DNA from: Antedon mediterranea
Lineage: Eukaryota > Animalia > Echinodermata
Assembly: GCF_964355755.1 (NCBI RefSeq)
Contig: NC_092671.1
Location: 558,001-622,000 of the forward strand
Length of the DNA stretch: 64,000 nucleotides
Direction: 5' to 3'
Positions 29,668 to 43,040 of this stretch are shown in pieces. Positions within the stretch are counted from its first letter, which is position 1. Each line of letters opens with the position of its first letter. Under the pieces are notes generated by a model, which ran no database searches, was not told where the DNA came from, and saw nothing but the letters and a program-made list of their open reading frames with translations. The position numbers were made by a program, and so were the translations under genes.

Positions 29668-32600
29668 ATGTGGATGTTTTTACTGTTAGGTTTTTTAACA
29701 ATTAATTCCAGTTGTCATGGACAGGGTAAGTTTTTTAGATTTTTTTTAGTTTTCTTTCCATTATCATTGGCTGATTATAAGCAGCTTTTGATTCATTCAT
29801 TCGCTTTGGTTTAAGAATGGCATATTGAATGTGGAATATTTGAGAAAAACTTGATTTAAACTTACTTAACTCAATATATATTGATTTATGTATAAAATAT
29901 ATTATAATATCTAATATTTTACCCACCCACGTAATACATAGGCGTAAGTCATAAGAACTTACATCGAAGCAGCAGTGCCAAAGAGAATTCGTTCTTTATA
30001 ATTAAAATATCCTCTAACTGTTTCTATTTATCCATTTATTCACTTTAATTATAGTTATTCATATTTACGATAAGGATCACCCATTCATATAATTGATATT
30101 CTAACAAATACAAATTTATCTTTTTAAAGAAACTGTAGGAGGCCTATTTAAGTATTGTATATATTCCATTTCCCACAGGCTATGGATCAAAAACACCCGA
30201 TACAAGAGGACGCCAGTTCGTATTCGGAATTCCGAGTAATGTTCGGCAACCAGACAAAATTATTATGATAGTCACGGGACATGAACTGGGGGCTAACAAA
30301 ATAGACGTCAATATTCCAGGCCTCAGATTCCAAAGATCTCAAATGATAAACGGGCTTGAAGAAGCGCGTATACTTCTACCCCCGACAGCAGCAGCTCATG
30401 GATGTGCTATCCAAAATGGAACCGTATTGGTTTCTTCAACGAAAGACGTGTCCGTGGCCGTCTTAAACGATATTGCAAAATCAACAGAAGCCTTTCTAGT
30501 GATTCCTGTGGATGCGTTAGGAACGGAATACTTCGTTGCTTCGTACGACCCACTCCCGGAAGAGTTCTCAGAAGTAGTGATAACCGCGACTATGGATAAC
30601 ACAAGAATAAAGGTTACATTCCAGGCACCGGTCACATACAACGGTATGTCTTACTCGCCTGGTGATATATACACTTTCACACTTCCTCGATTGAGAAGCA
30701 TTCAATTTCAAAGTCATATGGATTTGACAGGAACAAGAATCCAATCAACCGCGCCCGTAGCAGTAGTTAGTGGCAACACGTGTACGCTTGTTCCAGGCAG
30801 ATTACCAAGATGTGACCATTTAGTTGAAATGGTACCACCTGTCCCCACTTGGGGAGGTATGTTCACGGTAATGCCATTTTTAAATCGTACATCTGGTTAT
30901 ATCTTTCGAGTTATCGCAGCACGTGCTAGAACAACTGTTCAAATCTCTGGTACATCAGTTTATCTCCAGAACCAAGGCGAGTTTCAAGAGTTTAATGTTC
31001 CGAGCGATACAATTACAACCATCAGTGCTAACCAACCAATTATGACAATCCAATTTTCAAAGGGACGAGATAGTGACGAAATCGGCGATCCGTGCATGAT
31101 ATTAATCCCACCCGTTGAACAGTACGTCAAAGACAAAGTTACTTTTGGTACATTCAACATGTCAGGTGGTGATTACTTTTCTCCTTATGTGAATATGATG
31201 ATATCATCTCCAGGTATAGTGAGTATGATTAACATCGCTGCTATTCCCTCCATGACGGGGACAACGTACGTCCCTGCTGCAGGAAAGATTGTGAGTTACG
31301 GAGGAGGAAGGTCAATGGCCTTGATGCAAGGAACACATACGATTGTGAATCCATCACCGGGCAATTCTTTCACTGCAATCACATACGGAATTGGTCCAAT
31401 GACGTCATATGGCTTTCCAACCGCTTACAACCTTAAAAAGTTGATATGTATTCGCAAAGATCCGACAACAGGTTAGACATTTCATTACTTTGATTTTGTA
31501 ATATCACATCATTCTAATGCTTTGTAATTTACTTTCCTTTCACTGCATCGGGCTATAATATTTCACGTGATCACTAAATACACGAAATGGGAAAATACAC
31601 ATATAGCGACAATCATTTATTATTTAAAATATTGTGGCAATTAACACAGAAGTTAGAATTTAGATCATTCGTATAAACCTTTTCGCCCAATTCTCACTAT
31701 TGGTTTTATTTCATAATAACTAATAAAAACATTGTTTAATTGCAGGTGGTGATGTCGAATACGTATGTCCTCAACCAGTTGACCCACCAATGCGTAATCC
31801 ATGTACCGGAACAAATGGAATACCGAGTCCAAGTGCACGGCAGGGCATGCAGAATCCAAATTCTAGGCCACCACCGAATCCTAATCCTAACCCAAATCCT
31901 AACCCAAATCCAGGTTCAAATCCTAATCCTAACAAACCAAATCCAAGAGCAGGAGAAGGTAATAATGGCGATCGGCCCGGGGAGCGGCCACCTGCACCCG
32001 GTACCCCCGGTGCAGGTATACCTGGTATGATGCCAGGTATGGGTATGCCAGGTATGGGTATGCCAGGTATGGGTATGCCAGGTATGGGTATGCCTGGCAT
32101 GGGAATGCCTGGCATGGGAATGCCTGGCATGGGAATGCCATGTAGTCCAGGAATGATGATGCCTGGAATGACAGGAATGGGAGGTTGCATGCCCGGCATG
32201 GGAGGGGCTGGTAATGCAGGTGTGGGTGTGCCTATTATGCCTGGAGTCGGTCTACCTGGACAAGCTGGTGGAGGCCCTGGATTCGGAGATGTGCCAGGAT
32301 ATGGATGGGCCTGGCGAACACCACCACCTCGGTTTCCAATCATTCCAACAATACCTGAAAGTAAGTCCTTTGAAATTATATGAGTATTTATTAGGAGCAG
32401 GATCCCGTTGCAAGGTCCGAGGTAAAAATTAAAAAAAAAACTGGTATTCAGAAGCTTTCTTTGTACTTCTGAAGCAAATAAACACAAATTACTAGTTAAT
32501 CTCGGTTCTTACTTGGACGCAATGACGTAAGCGCAACGCAATTGAGTTGAACAATCACGACGCGATCATCCGAACTGTTTTATGTATGTCTATTTTTAAT

Positions 32601-32899
32601 TTATTGCTGAACATGTTTATAGATTATATATCATATATTATGTTTTATTTTATCAAACCTGTTAGTGGCGGTTTTATCGCTGTTAGTTTTGAACAAATAA
32701 AATTACATTTTAAAAAAGGTTTTTTTTAAAAGCCATTAACTTCCACGCTTAATACTTGAACATTACATTTCCACTTCTTTGTTTAGATTGTTATTCAAAG
32801 AACCTTGTTATAGTGGTAGCAATCACACCAGCATTTCTGATCTTGCTGGTGATGACTATGGCCATGTGTATCGTTGTCAATCACATGAAACAATTGTAA
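29668..32899 (+). CDS. Type I membrane protein: signal peptide, IgGFc-binding protein N-terminal domain, Pro-Asn and Pro-Gly-Met repeat stalk, C-terminal TM helix; about 692 aa (P58-like by architecture)
   Basis: Exons 29668-29725 ([19 protein letters not shown]), 30179-31471, 31746-32360 and 32787-32899, all introns phase 1. Domain motifs [79 protein letters not shown] segment [25 protein letters not shown]. The 3' end could instead splice at GTAAGT (32896). Confidence 0.88.
32021..32140 (+). repeat. Coding 15-bp tandem repeat encoding (PGMGM)n
   Basis: CCAGGTATGGGTATG and CCTGGCATGGGAATG units in frame within exon 3. Confidence 0.9.
32501..32575. mobile_element. MITE family B fragment
   Basis: GGTTCTTACTTGGACGCAATGACGTAAGCGCAACGCAA matches the left arm of the 34877 copy. 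Confidence 0.55.
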
Positions 32900-34876
32900 G
32901 TAACATTATCTAACTATATTTCGTATGACAAATCGGGTGGTTTTGTGGACCTTTCCGTTCGGCAAATTTCCAAGAATAACTGCCAAGATACGAGAGATAC
33001 GTGGCGGCAATCCATGGAAAGACAGTTTCTCATTTCCAGCATGATTGGGACCAATTTATTTATGGAACTGGGATCAATAACATAAACATAAGGATTTACA
33101 CTTTCTGTAACTATTCTACTAATACTTGGTAACTAAAAAAAATGAACGTTGTGTTTAGTATTGTAGAATATGTTTTTGTAATAAGTACATATATATTTTT
33201 ATATTTTTTTAAACATAGTTCATCCGTTTTTTTTCCATATAAGTTCTTTTTATAATGTTTATATGAGGTCCCCTTGATTGTCAGCTTATGCTGTTTTGAG
33301 TCACTCTCACTAAATAAGGTTTAATAAATAAAATAAATAAACTAATTAAAACTACTAAGGCATACTAATAAAATTCGTTACAAACGAATTAAAGCGCTTC
33401 TACTTTTGTTCTTATTTCCTTGTGTTGTTAAGGCGCTTTTGATTCAGCTACCATAACAGCATGAAAATTAAAAATTTCATTTTCACTCATTCTTCAGGTT
33501 ATTTTCAAACAAAAACAATTAGGCCTAGTTCATATAATTTCATGTAATTGACGTGTTCCGAGTTCAAACTAATTTGGCAGTGGTTAATGTTTTCAAAAGT
33601 TCATAAATTGAGTTTTGCCAAAGTCTCTAATAAGTGTTGTTTGTTTTACAGGAAAGCATAACTGCACGGAATGCTGGGACATTTCTACACAGAGAAAAAA
33701 ACAAACAAGGATTGGATTTATCGATGTAAAAATATTACTGTAATAAGTAATTTCGTACCACATTAAAATAAACTTGCCGATGGACTGGGTCCTTTTCAAA
33801 TATTTAAATTAAGGCAATTAAATACAACTTCTTGACCAAAAACGCAATTCTCATTTGACGCAATTTTCATTCCTAAGGTAGGCATTAAGTAGCTTACTAC
33901 TCATACGCACTATCTTCTATTCTTTAATAATACATGTCTTTATGTTAAAAAAAAAAAGAACGAATATAGTATATATAAATGTATGTTATTTTGATTAATA
34001 TATTGTTTTTAAAAGAAGAAAGCGATTTATGTTTTAAAGAGTAATTTACCTTGATTGGTGAATTTCCTGTTATTACTAGCAGGAAACAAACATATTACTG
34101 CACTGCACGATTTAAATAGCTGAGCATAACAACAAATAAATCTACAAAACAATGACGTCACATCTACTTAATAAAAACAAAACTTAATTCAACCTTTTCT
34201 TTGTATTTATTGTCGAATTAAATTTCTTTTAAATTAAAATGTGCAGTGTATCTCTTTCAAAATGAATCTGTATTATATTAATGTTTAATTATTAGTTCCA
34301 AGATATTATGTAAATATTTATCCAAAGTTGATCTTTATGTCGATGATTCTAAAACATATAATGTATACGGTATTAACTTAGCTTGATGCTAGCTGATTGA
34401 AAAAAATTTGTTTAAAAATATTTTTAAGACTAATTTAGAATATTTTTTCTATATTTGTAAATATTATTTAAGGAATAAAATTGTTTGTTCTGATATTAAA
34501 AGTAATTGATACGTTTGAAGTTGATCTTTGCGAGATAATTGTTGTTATCTTAGTAGCGTAGCGACCATGACGTCACGAGCAGAACTATTAAACGATAATG
34601 CGCATGTTTGTTGTACGAATGATTGTGTACGTTTTAAATTGAAAGGTTCTACGTGATGAATCAATTTGTAAATTAGAAGTCTTTATTTAATTATCTCTTT
34701 CGGCATGGACTTACAAACATCGCACAAAGTGTTTCTTATTAAATTCTAAAAATTTTATTTAGGACCCAACTTTAAATCTGAGGCAACATGATGATGAAAA
34801 AAAAAATTGCGGTCAACAACAACATTATTTCGCTGAAAGTATGATACCGGTACTACCATTTCTCTGTCACTATAAA

Positions 34877-35029
34877 GCTTGGTTCCACTAGACGCCGCAA
34901 TGACGTAAGCGCAACACAAGTTAGCTGACTAATCGCAAGCAACAGTTCGATTGTCCATCGTGTCGCGATTGGTGGACACACTTTCGTTGCCCTTACGTCA
35001 TTGCGTTAAGTCTAGTGGGAACCAAGCTT
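34877..35029. mobile_element. MITE family B, full copy
   Basis: TIRs AAGCTTGGTTCCACTAGAC..CGCAATGACGTAAG and CTTACGTCATTGCG..GTCTAGTGGGAACCAAGCTT. Confidence 0.8.
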
Positions 35030-36892
35030 AGTGTTTTAAACTATAGGTTAGCTTATCGTCGTCGGCCGAAATAATTACGTTGAAGGAAATGAACTGCATT
35101 GCCCACGTTTAGGGCAAAACATTTGCCTATTTGGAATCGGAAATGTGTTTTATTGACGAATCATTAGCAACCCTTATATAGGGGAAAGTGAACTATAATT
35201 GTATAGCTTTTTGCTACGTCATGCTTCAACAACATGGCTATTTTTTGGAATTTAATCCTCAAACAGTAGGTGACAATAATATCGGCTCAAATTGTATATT
35301 GATCGGAGACCGGATCTAGGCTTATACAAAAGGGTGGAATAACAGGTCAATGCACTTTTTAAATAATATGAATACAGACGGATCAGTAGAACAAATAAAA
35401 TAATGCGAAAAAATAGGAATGATGATGCATCAAACATTTGCTTTCGAAAATTAAAAGTTCGCTAATTTCATAACTATACATTCTACACCTAATTGTTCTT
35501 GCGTGTCGAGTAACTGAAGTTTTAATGATCAAAGAGTCCAAAACAACTATCTAATCATTCCCTTACTTGTCTAGTAAATTGTTTTAAATTCAATTCTGGC
35601 TACTAGTAGAAAGGAAGCTAGTTAATTAAGATGACTTCATCAATTATTATTAATCATTATTATTATTCAAGTGGGAACCGATTTACAATGGAGAAAGGTA
35701 ATGCAGGCCAATGCAAAGATTAATAACTTCTTATAAAATCTTTAATTTTGTTATTGTTTTTTATTTTGTTTATTTTATATATTAAGGCAATTTGCAAAAG
35801 ATAACTATAACTATCCTGCTTAAAGGTGGCAATCCCGTTCAAAAGACAAACATATACACAAAATGCCCTACATAAACAAAGTCTTATTACATGTCTTTGG
35901 GAGTGGAGTTGTAAATTGTCATTAGAAAAAATCCTAACATATGACAGGACTTGAACGCTGGGATTAGTAGCCAAGCATCATAATCACCAAGCCACTACGT
36001 GAATTGCCCCAAATGTTAGGTTCAGCGAATGTCTATATAGCTTTCGATACATATTTTATAGACATTTGTCCTGAATTAGTAAAATATTTTTTGTTTGTTT
36101 CATCAATAAACAGTATGGAAAATAACACTAATTTTCAATAAATAAAATTCAGATTCAGACAAATTGGTTAAATATCGTTGTGTGAACATTTAGTATAGTG
36201 ACAACAAGAGCATAATAGCAACCAGATTATCTGTAACAAAATAATGGGCTGTCATATTGATTAATTTAAATGCTTACAATGGTATCGACAAGTTTCTATT
36301 CAAAAAACAATCCCAGATAGTCACATTAGAATATCTATGGTTAACGCACATTATCAGGCTGTATAGTGAGCATTGATTGGTTTTCTGTCCAGGGATAAAT
36401 TGTTTTGCTTGCAGAAGAGGAGTACACATTAAGTTATAGTCATTATATTTTCACTCTACTGGTCGATTAATTAACATAACATCTTGATTGTAATTTGACT
36501 GGTAAGTTAATATTTTCTTTAGTTAAATATTCCTTCATAATTCTGTGAGTATATTTGTCTCGCAAGTTTTGAAATTTGTTTATTAACTGGAGATGGTACA
36601 GAGTATAATGACTCAATTCATTGAAAGTGAAACATAGCATACTAAATTAAAAGGGTTTGAAGAATAAGCTGTAACACTGATGGACGGGAGTAGTGATTCA
36701 CTAGCACGGGTCGCATAATCATACAGAAAAATGGTCATATATCTACACTAGAATGGAGTATATGCTTTTATAAATTTTAATAGATTAAGAATAAATGATA
36801 CGGAGATAGATTTATAATTAGATTAAATCATTTAAAACTCTTTTGTTTACACAAATATGTATATTTTTATAATCACAGCAGTAAAACTTAAA

Positions 36893-37622
36893 ATGTCTAG
36901 AGGAAAAACAGAGAGCGGTGAAGGACTTTTCTCAAACTTATTTACCACAAAACCTACAAAGGGTGTAACTAAACAGCGAGGGAAATCTAAAGATCGGTAT
37001 CACGAGGACCCACCTGAGCCGCTCCCGGGTGAGTATGACTCCGACGAGGAAGGGCACTATCATAGTTCGTCAAAGGAAAAGTCATTTGGTTCAAAATCAA
37101 AAATGCAAAGCCTATTCACAACCCCTAATCATGACAAACCTGAACATCGTGCCAAGTCCAGTTCTGCAAAAGTCGAGTCGAGTCGGGGTCGAGAAACTCC
37201 CAAAAAGTCTAAACTACAGTCGCTTTTTGGAAGCGCTGACGATAGTAAATCAAGCAAAAAGAAATCACAAGATCGATATCATCAAAAGAATCCACATGAA
37301 AAGAAGCCTGAAAAGGGAGAATCAAAGGGAGGAAAAAGCAGCGGACTAGGCGAGGGATTATTTTCCAGTGGTAGTGGAACTATAGCCGGAAACAGCGGAA
37401 AAACAAAAGTTGGAAAATCAAAAGGTCACTCTTCTGGACGGGTAGGTTTCAATGAGTTACTTTGATTAAACATTAAGTAAATGAACAAAAAGATTGTGGA
37501 GCTGAAAGTGTAGATTTCGAGTCAATTCAAAGTAAGTTATTACAAATCATCTTAATATTTTTCTTCATTTTTTTCAGCAACAGCCAGCGAAAGGTGCTAG
37601 TTTCAGCTTCCCTTCATTTTAA
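36893..37622 (+). CDS. Uncharacterised Lys/Ser/Gly-rich, probably disordered protein, about 197 aa
   Basis: A long GC-richer ORF follows an acceptor; ATG at 36893 to donor CGG|GTAGG at 37441 (phase 0). Exon 37578-37622 encodes QQPAKGASFSFPSF*. Peptide repeats GEGLFS x2, KSK(M/L)QSLF x2 and KS(K/Q)DRYH x2 show synonymous divergence. Confidence 0.7.
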
Positions 37623-38672
37623 CGAACAACATCGATATGTATAACAGTATTTACTAACTTGAAACCAATGTACCAATGCTGTATACATTGTGTTCAACGG
37701 TGTACATATACAAATGCTTAGAATAGATTTTTACACTCGACCGGTACAAACTGAATAGTAGAAGTGCCACTTCTATTTAAAAGAAAATTACCATTCGTAC
37801 GTAGTGTCATTATTTGCTGCCGTGGGTGTTTGTAAGTGATGTAAACAAAGTAGAGGTTTCCTTAAAATACATTTTTACATGATTTAATAATTTTACTACC
37901 TTTATACTTTATTACTTATTTTTACGCGATTTATAATTGGTGAAATGTTTAGTAAATTGTCTTTATTATACTACAACGTTCATAAGAATGAAACCTTGAC
38001 GTTATTATTTATTTATTTTATTTCAATACTATCAGAATACTTACTTAATAATCTATTATTCATCACACAGACTATTTAAAAATGTATACTTTATCAGTAA
38101 TACAACATTCAAATACTTATTTTCTTGTTAATAAAAGTGCATATTGCGGAAAATTGTATTATTACAATTTGTATAATAAAAGTTCATTCTTATAAACGTT
38201 TGAAAAGTATACCGAGTAGTAATATACAAGTCATCCATTAGGTATACTCTTGATTAGAAATCATTTTGTAACAATGCAAGGCGACATTTAGTTTAATTTT
38301 CGAAAGTACTGTTTATAAGTTTATACTTATCTACAGTAATAACGTCAGGATTTCATAGAGGGTTCACTTTGAGAGTGTTCTAAAGTTAAAAAAGTCCACA
38401 GAGGGCTCACTTTAAAATTCTTTTAAAGTTAAAAAAGCCACAAATCCACAGAGGGCTGACTTTTAAACTACTTAAAGGCAACTTTTTGTATTAAAATACA
38501 AATAATTGTACTGTATAACTAAACTGTATTAAAAGTATTAAAATTAAGGCCTATTGGTATTTTTGTCACTCAGTATAAACATCTAATTCGAAAAGAAGTA
38601 AAAAAGGTTGATTGTCTACAGGGTCATACTTATTTCCACTGCTCTTGACCGGTAGAGAAAACTACCACCTAA

Positions 38673-41600
38673 TTAAGACCAGTAATTAGAAATTGCATCC
38701 ATAGCAGATTTCTTAAGATCAATTCCTGCATAATATTTGAGAGCACCAAGAGAGACACCAGTGATTCCCATAGCTATCAAAGCCTTTAAAGCCTTGGTAC
38801 TCAACCTGAAACCTGGTAATCTAAAAAAAGAGATGGATTATTGAGAATGTTATCAATCTCTCCAACTGCCTACATAGTACTAGGATGTTAACTATTAGTC
38901 ACAAGTCCCTGTTTTCTTTTTATATAGCACCACAAGCGGGAGTTTTTTTTAAATATGCGATTCTAGCTGAAGTATGGTTATGACACGCCAAGGTTGGCAA
39001 AAATGTTTATTTAATTAACTTAAGCTGTATCATTATAACTATATAGCCACCAGGATGTTTGCATATACAAGCAGAAAATTCTTTTCACAGGTTTCCTCAC
39101 CGTTTATAAATTAACTTTCCAATAGATCACCAGGCGGTTTTAAGTTTGTCTATGCCTACAAAATTTATATCTAGTGAGAAAATGATCATATCATACCTTT
39201 CATCAGTTTCATGACAGTACCCTTCAAAATACAAATGTCTTCCATAAATATACACAAGGCTAACCACACTGGCCGCAACTAGAAAAAGGGTTTCATTTAA
39301 ACATTATGTAACATCTAAATATAAACATGCATGTACTTTGAAATGTATTTTTTTATTTATTTTAATATATTTTAATAGATAAATGTAGATCTCAACAAAA
39401 GTTGTCATGATAAACCTCTGTCAACAAAAGATATTCTTGTTTATTTTGTTATGAATTTTTTAAAAAGGGTGCCCTATGCATACTAATAAATCAGTGATTT
39501 CAAAAGTAACATTTTTTACTTTATGATAATATTTAAAAAGTGTATGTACTTCCATGGTGTATTACTCCATGGCACTTCTTACCTGGATGAAAATATATGG
39601 ATGCAACAGTGTGACTAGTTAAGAAAATTGGTGCAAATTCAAGGCTGTTTTGGCTGTTTAATGAAACAAAACTTAATATCAGTATCAAAAATGTTTCTTC
39701 AATCTATGAGTTGTTAAAAATATCACAGGCATTTACAAATATTTACATTCAGGCATTAGAATTATTTAAAAGGAAAAATATTGAAGGGAAAAACAACAAT
39801 GCACAGGTAGCCTAAGTGACTGGATTTTAATTGCTATTCAAAATTAACATCATGCAGAGATTAAACCACAAACCTTGAATCATACCAATCAGACAAAACC
39901 ACAAACCTTGAATCATACCAATCAGACAAAACCACAAACCTTGAATCATACCAATCAGACAAAACCACAAACCTTGAATCATACCAATCAGACAAAACCA
40001 CAAACCTTGAATCATACCAATCAGACAAAACCACAAACCTTGAATCATACCAATCAGACAAAACCACAAACCTTGAATCATACCAATCAGACAAAACCAC
40101 AAACCTTGAATCATACCAATCAGACAAAACCACAAACCTTGAATCATACCAATCAGACAAAACCACAAACTTGAATCATACCAATCAGACAAAACCACAA
40201 ACCTTGAATCATACCAATCAGACAAAACCACAAACCTTGAATCATACCAATCAGACAAAACCAAAACTACTGTATATTGCAGTTTGTCATTTATTTCTAT
40301 GGGATAAATCCAATGTAACAACAATTTTGAGAATTTATTTAAATTTGTGGATCCACTTTAGGTAATTTGTTTTTAAAAATGGAATTATCAAGGTTATTTC
40401 AACAATTATTCTTATCATTGTAATTTATATTCCATGCAGACATTATCAAAATATGTGTTCTTACGTACTGTGCTCGAAAAGCTCGAATGAACCCCGGGTC
40501 ACCTTCAGTTGCCGGTGGCTTAACCTTGAACTTAGCCCGAGCTTTACCCACCTTCATCGCAAATTGAGCTAAAAATTACAACAGAAATTTAATAACAACA
40601 GTCAATATATGCGACCTAATATGTGTGTATTAAAATAATTATCTAGGCCTAAAATAATTTTTTAAAATGTGAAGAAATAAATGCATCTTCATTCATAAAT
40701 TGGCCAAACTAAACACTTAGTGCTTCATATCCCTTTTCTGGGTGGGTAGGACACACGTAATGATATTTATTATTTCCAAAAAATAAAATTATTATTAAAT
40801 GTATAGGCAGGCCTATAAAGAGTCAAATATAAGTTGCGCACGCTTTTTACGGTATTGCTGAATCTGAAATTTTGAATACCAACGAATCCCCCATACCGCA
40901 ATCTGCAACCAGCAGGGTGTCCGATGAAATCGGTCGCGCTTGAAATCGGTCGCGCTTGAAATCGGTCGCGATAAAATCGACTTCCGGTATTTTGTATGGC
41001 GCGCCGCTAGAGCTATACTTTTGATTATATCGGTCGCGTTTGAAATCGGTCGCGTTATTTTGTATGGATCGAGCGGGATGCATGCTAGAGCGGGATATAC
41101 ATTTTTCGTTTACATATATTTAATTGATATTTTTTAGGAACTAGATTATTTATGTGGATATTTTTTATTTGGTTAATAAATATTTATTGTTAATCATTAA
41201 ATTAATTTTTTTTTTGTATTTCACAGGTCTCGGAGAAGGACTGTGTATGTTCAAAATGGCCATTTATAAACACGTTTAAATATTATATTAGGCATAATAT
41301 TATATAAGGCATATAATAATTTACCTCTATTTATATGTACTGTAATTAATATATTATATAGAGAATATACGTCTGTCGTGTCTTTTATTAATAATTATGC
41401 AAACAATTACGTATGGTTTTAGGATATTAATAAAATATATAGATAATATGCCGTTATAAATCAATCTACCGGCCTACAGTAGGACTATGATGTACAATGA
41501 TTGATGTGAGAATAATAATGTATGGATAATAAAGGTGGACACGATTCTCAAAGACTGAGGTAATCTGCACTGATATTTAAACATTTATATTTACGAACGG

Positions 41601-42931
41601 CGTATGAATGTGAGACACTGAGTTGCACTTACTTAAATTTACATTAAATGATTACTGTATTATAAATGAAGAAATAAAAGATATTCAAATTAAAATCTAT
41701 AGTATCGCCGACGTATATACGTAAATTATATATAAATCATACTGTCAACTGTCATCTTTACCTCGCCATGGACAACGATCGTACATGTTTTGTCCATGAG
41801 TTGACACACTAACAAGTGCGTGTTTTTTAAAAGGGGGAAACCCCGTCAGCAAAATAACGTATTGTGTTAGAGGAAACAGCTGCACGATCATAGAAGGCGC
41901 ATCTCCGATATGGCTTATGTGGGGGTTATTTCAGTTACTCGCCTTTTAACCATCCGCATATAATGATCATTTTACTAACAACTATTTTAAACCTCAGAAA
42001 TAAAAATATACACGTGATTTGCCTCAACAATAATCATTATACACTTAATATTATCCTACATAACGGATAGAAATAAAAATAAGGTGATCGAATAGTATGT
42101 TGTTAACGACATGGATATGATATAATCTGCCACAGTATGCATAGGTATAAAAATGGATACGCTGACTTTACGGGCTATATTGTAAAAATAATTGTTTTTA
42201 AATAAATTGTTCTCTTTTACGTATTTGTTTGCATAATAAAAGACACGGCAGACGTATATTCTCTATATAATATATTAATTGCAGTACATATAAATAGAGG
42301 TAAATTATTATATGCCTAATATAACATTATGCCTAATATAATATTTAAACGTGTTTAGAAATGGCCATTTTGAACAGACACAGTCCTTCTCCGAGACCTG
42401 TGAAATACAAAAAAAAATAATTAATTTAATGATTGATAATAAATATTTATTAACCAAGTAAAAAATATCCCCATAAATAATCTAGTTCCTAAAAAATAGC
42501 AATTAAATCTATATAAACGAAAAATGTTTATCCCGCTCTAGCATGCATCCCGCTCGATCCATACAAAATAGCGCGACCGATTTCAAACGCGACCGATTTC
42601 ATCAAAAGTATAGCTCTAGCGGCGCGCCATACAAAATACTGGAAGTTGATTTTATCGCGACCGATTTCAAACGCGACCGATTTCAGACGCGACCGATTTC
42701 ATCGTAAACCACCAGCAGTACCTAACCTGCACTTAGGTGGCTCGCCCAGCCCTGTTCACTAAGACTGGTGGTGGAGCAGCTCAGTGCACCCGTAATCACT
42801 ATCGGGGCTAAATAGGCTAGTTATAGTAGTAAATATGCAATTCATGTTACGTATGTAAACTCACCAAGCTGATAGGAAGACAAGAGTGCAACTGTTGCTG
42901 GTAAAACAAACGGTAAAACATGTTCTTCCAT
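38673..42931 (-). CDS. MGST2: Microsomal glutathione S-transferase 2-like (MAPEG family), about 155 aa
   Basis: Exons 42931-42865, 40568-40469 (100 nt), 39653-39583 (71 nt), 39278-39197 (82 nt) and 38820-38673. Translation includes [34 protein letters not shown]...GRHLYFEGY...RLPGF, carrying the MAPEG FxRxxRAxxNxxE signature. MGST2 versus LTC4S/FLAP subgroup assignment is by resemblance. Confidence 0.88.
39863..40265. repeat. Tandem minisatellite, 33 bp, about 12 copies (MGST2 intron)
   Basis: Unit AAACCACAAACCTTGAATCATACCAATCAGACA. Confidence 0.97.
40916..42710. mobile_element. Non-autonomous foldback DNA transposon, TIRs of about 495 bp, 8-bp TSD
   Basis: TSD ACCAGCAG at 40908-40915 and 42711-42718. 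Ends GGTGTCCGATGAAATCGGTCGCG and CGCGACCGATTTCATCGTAAACC. Arms about 40916-41413 and 42218-42710, with subterminal TGAAATCGGTCGCG repeats. Confidence 0.92.
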
Positions 42932-43040
42932 GATTCACTTTAACTAGACTAGTAGAATGGACTTTGTATGCTAATAGAGGTACGGTACGGTTGCATTTGC
43001 GCATGCGTAGTATATCATGTCGTTGTACTTAATTTTCTGG

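Noticed and set aside
31771-32487. 238-aa minus-strand Pro/Gly/Ile ORF
   Set aside because: Antisense shadow of the Pro/Gly/Met-rich coding exon on the plus strand.
36815-36825. TAATTAGATTA paired-class homeodomain (Alx1-type) palindrome
   Set aside because: Expected by chance in DNA this AT-rich.
39827-40365. Repetitive ORFs, and resemblance to a CRISPR array
   Set aside because: This is a 33-bp head-to-tail minisatellite with no unique spacers, in a eukaryotic intron.
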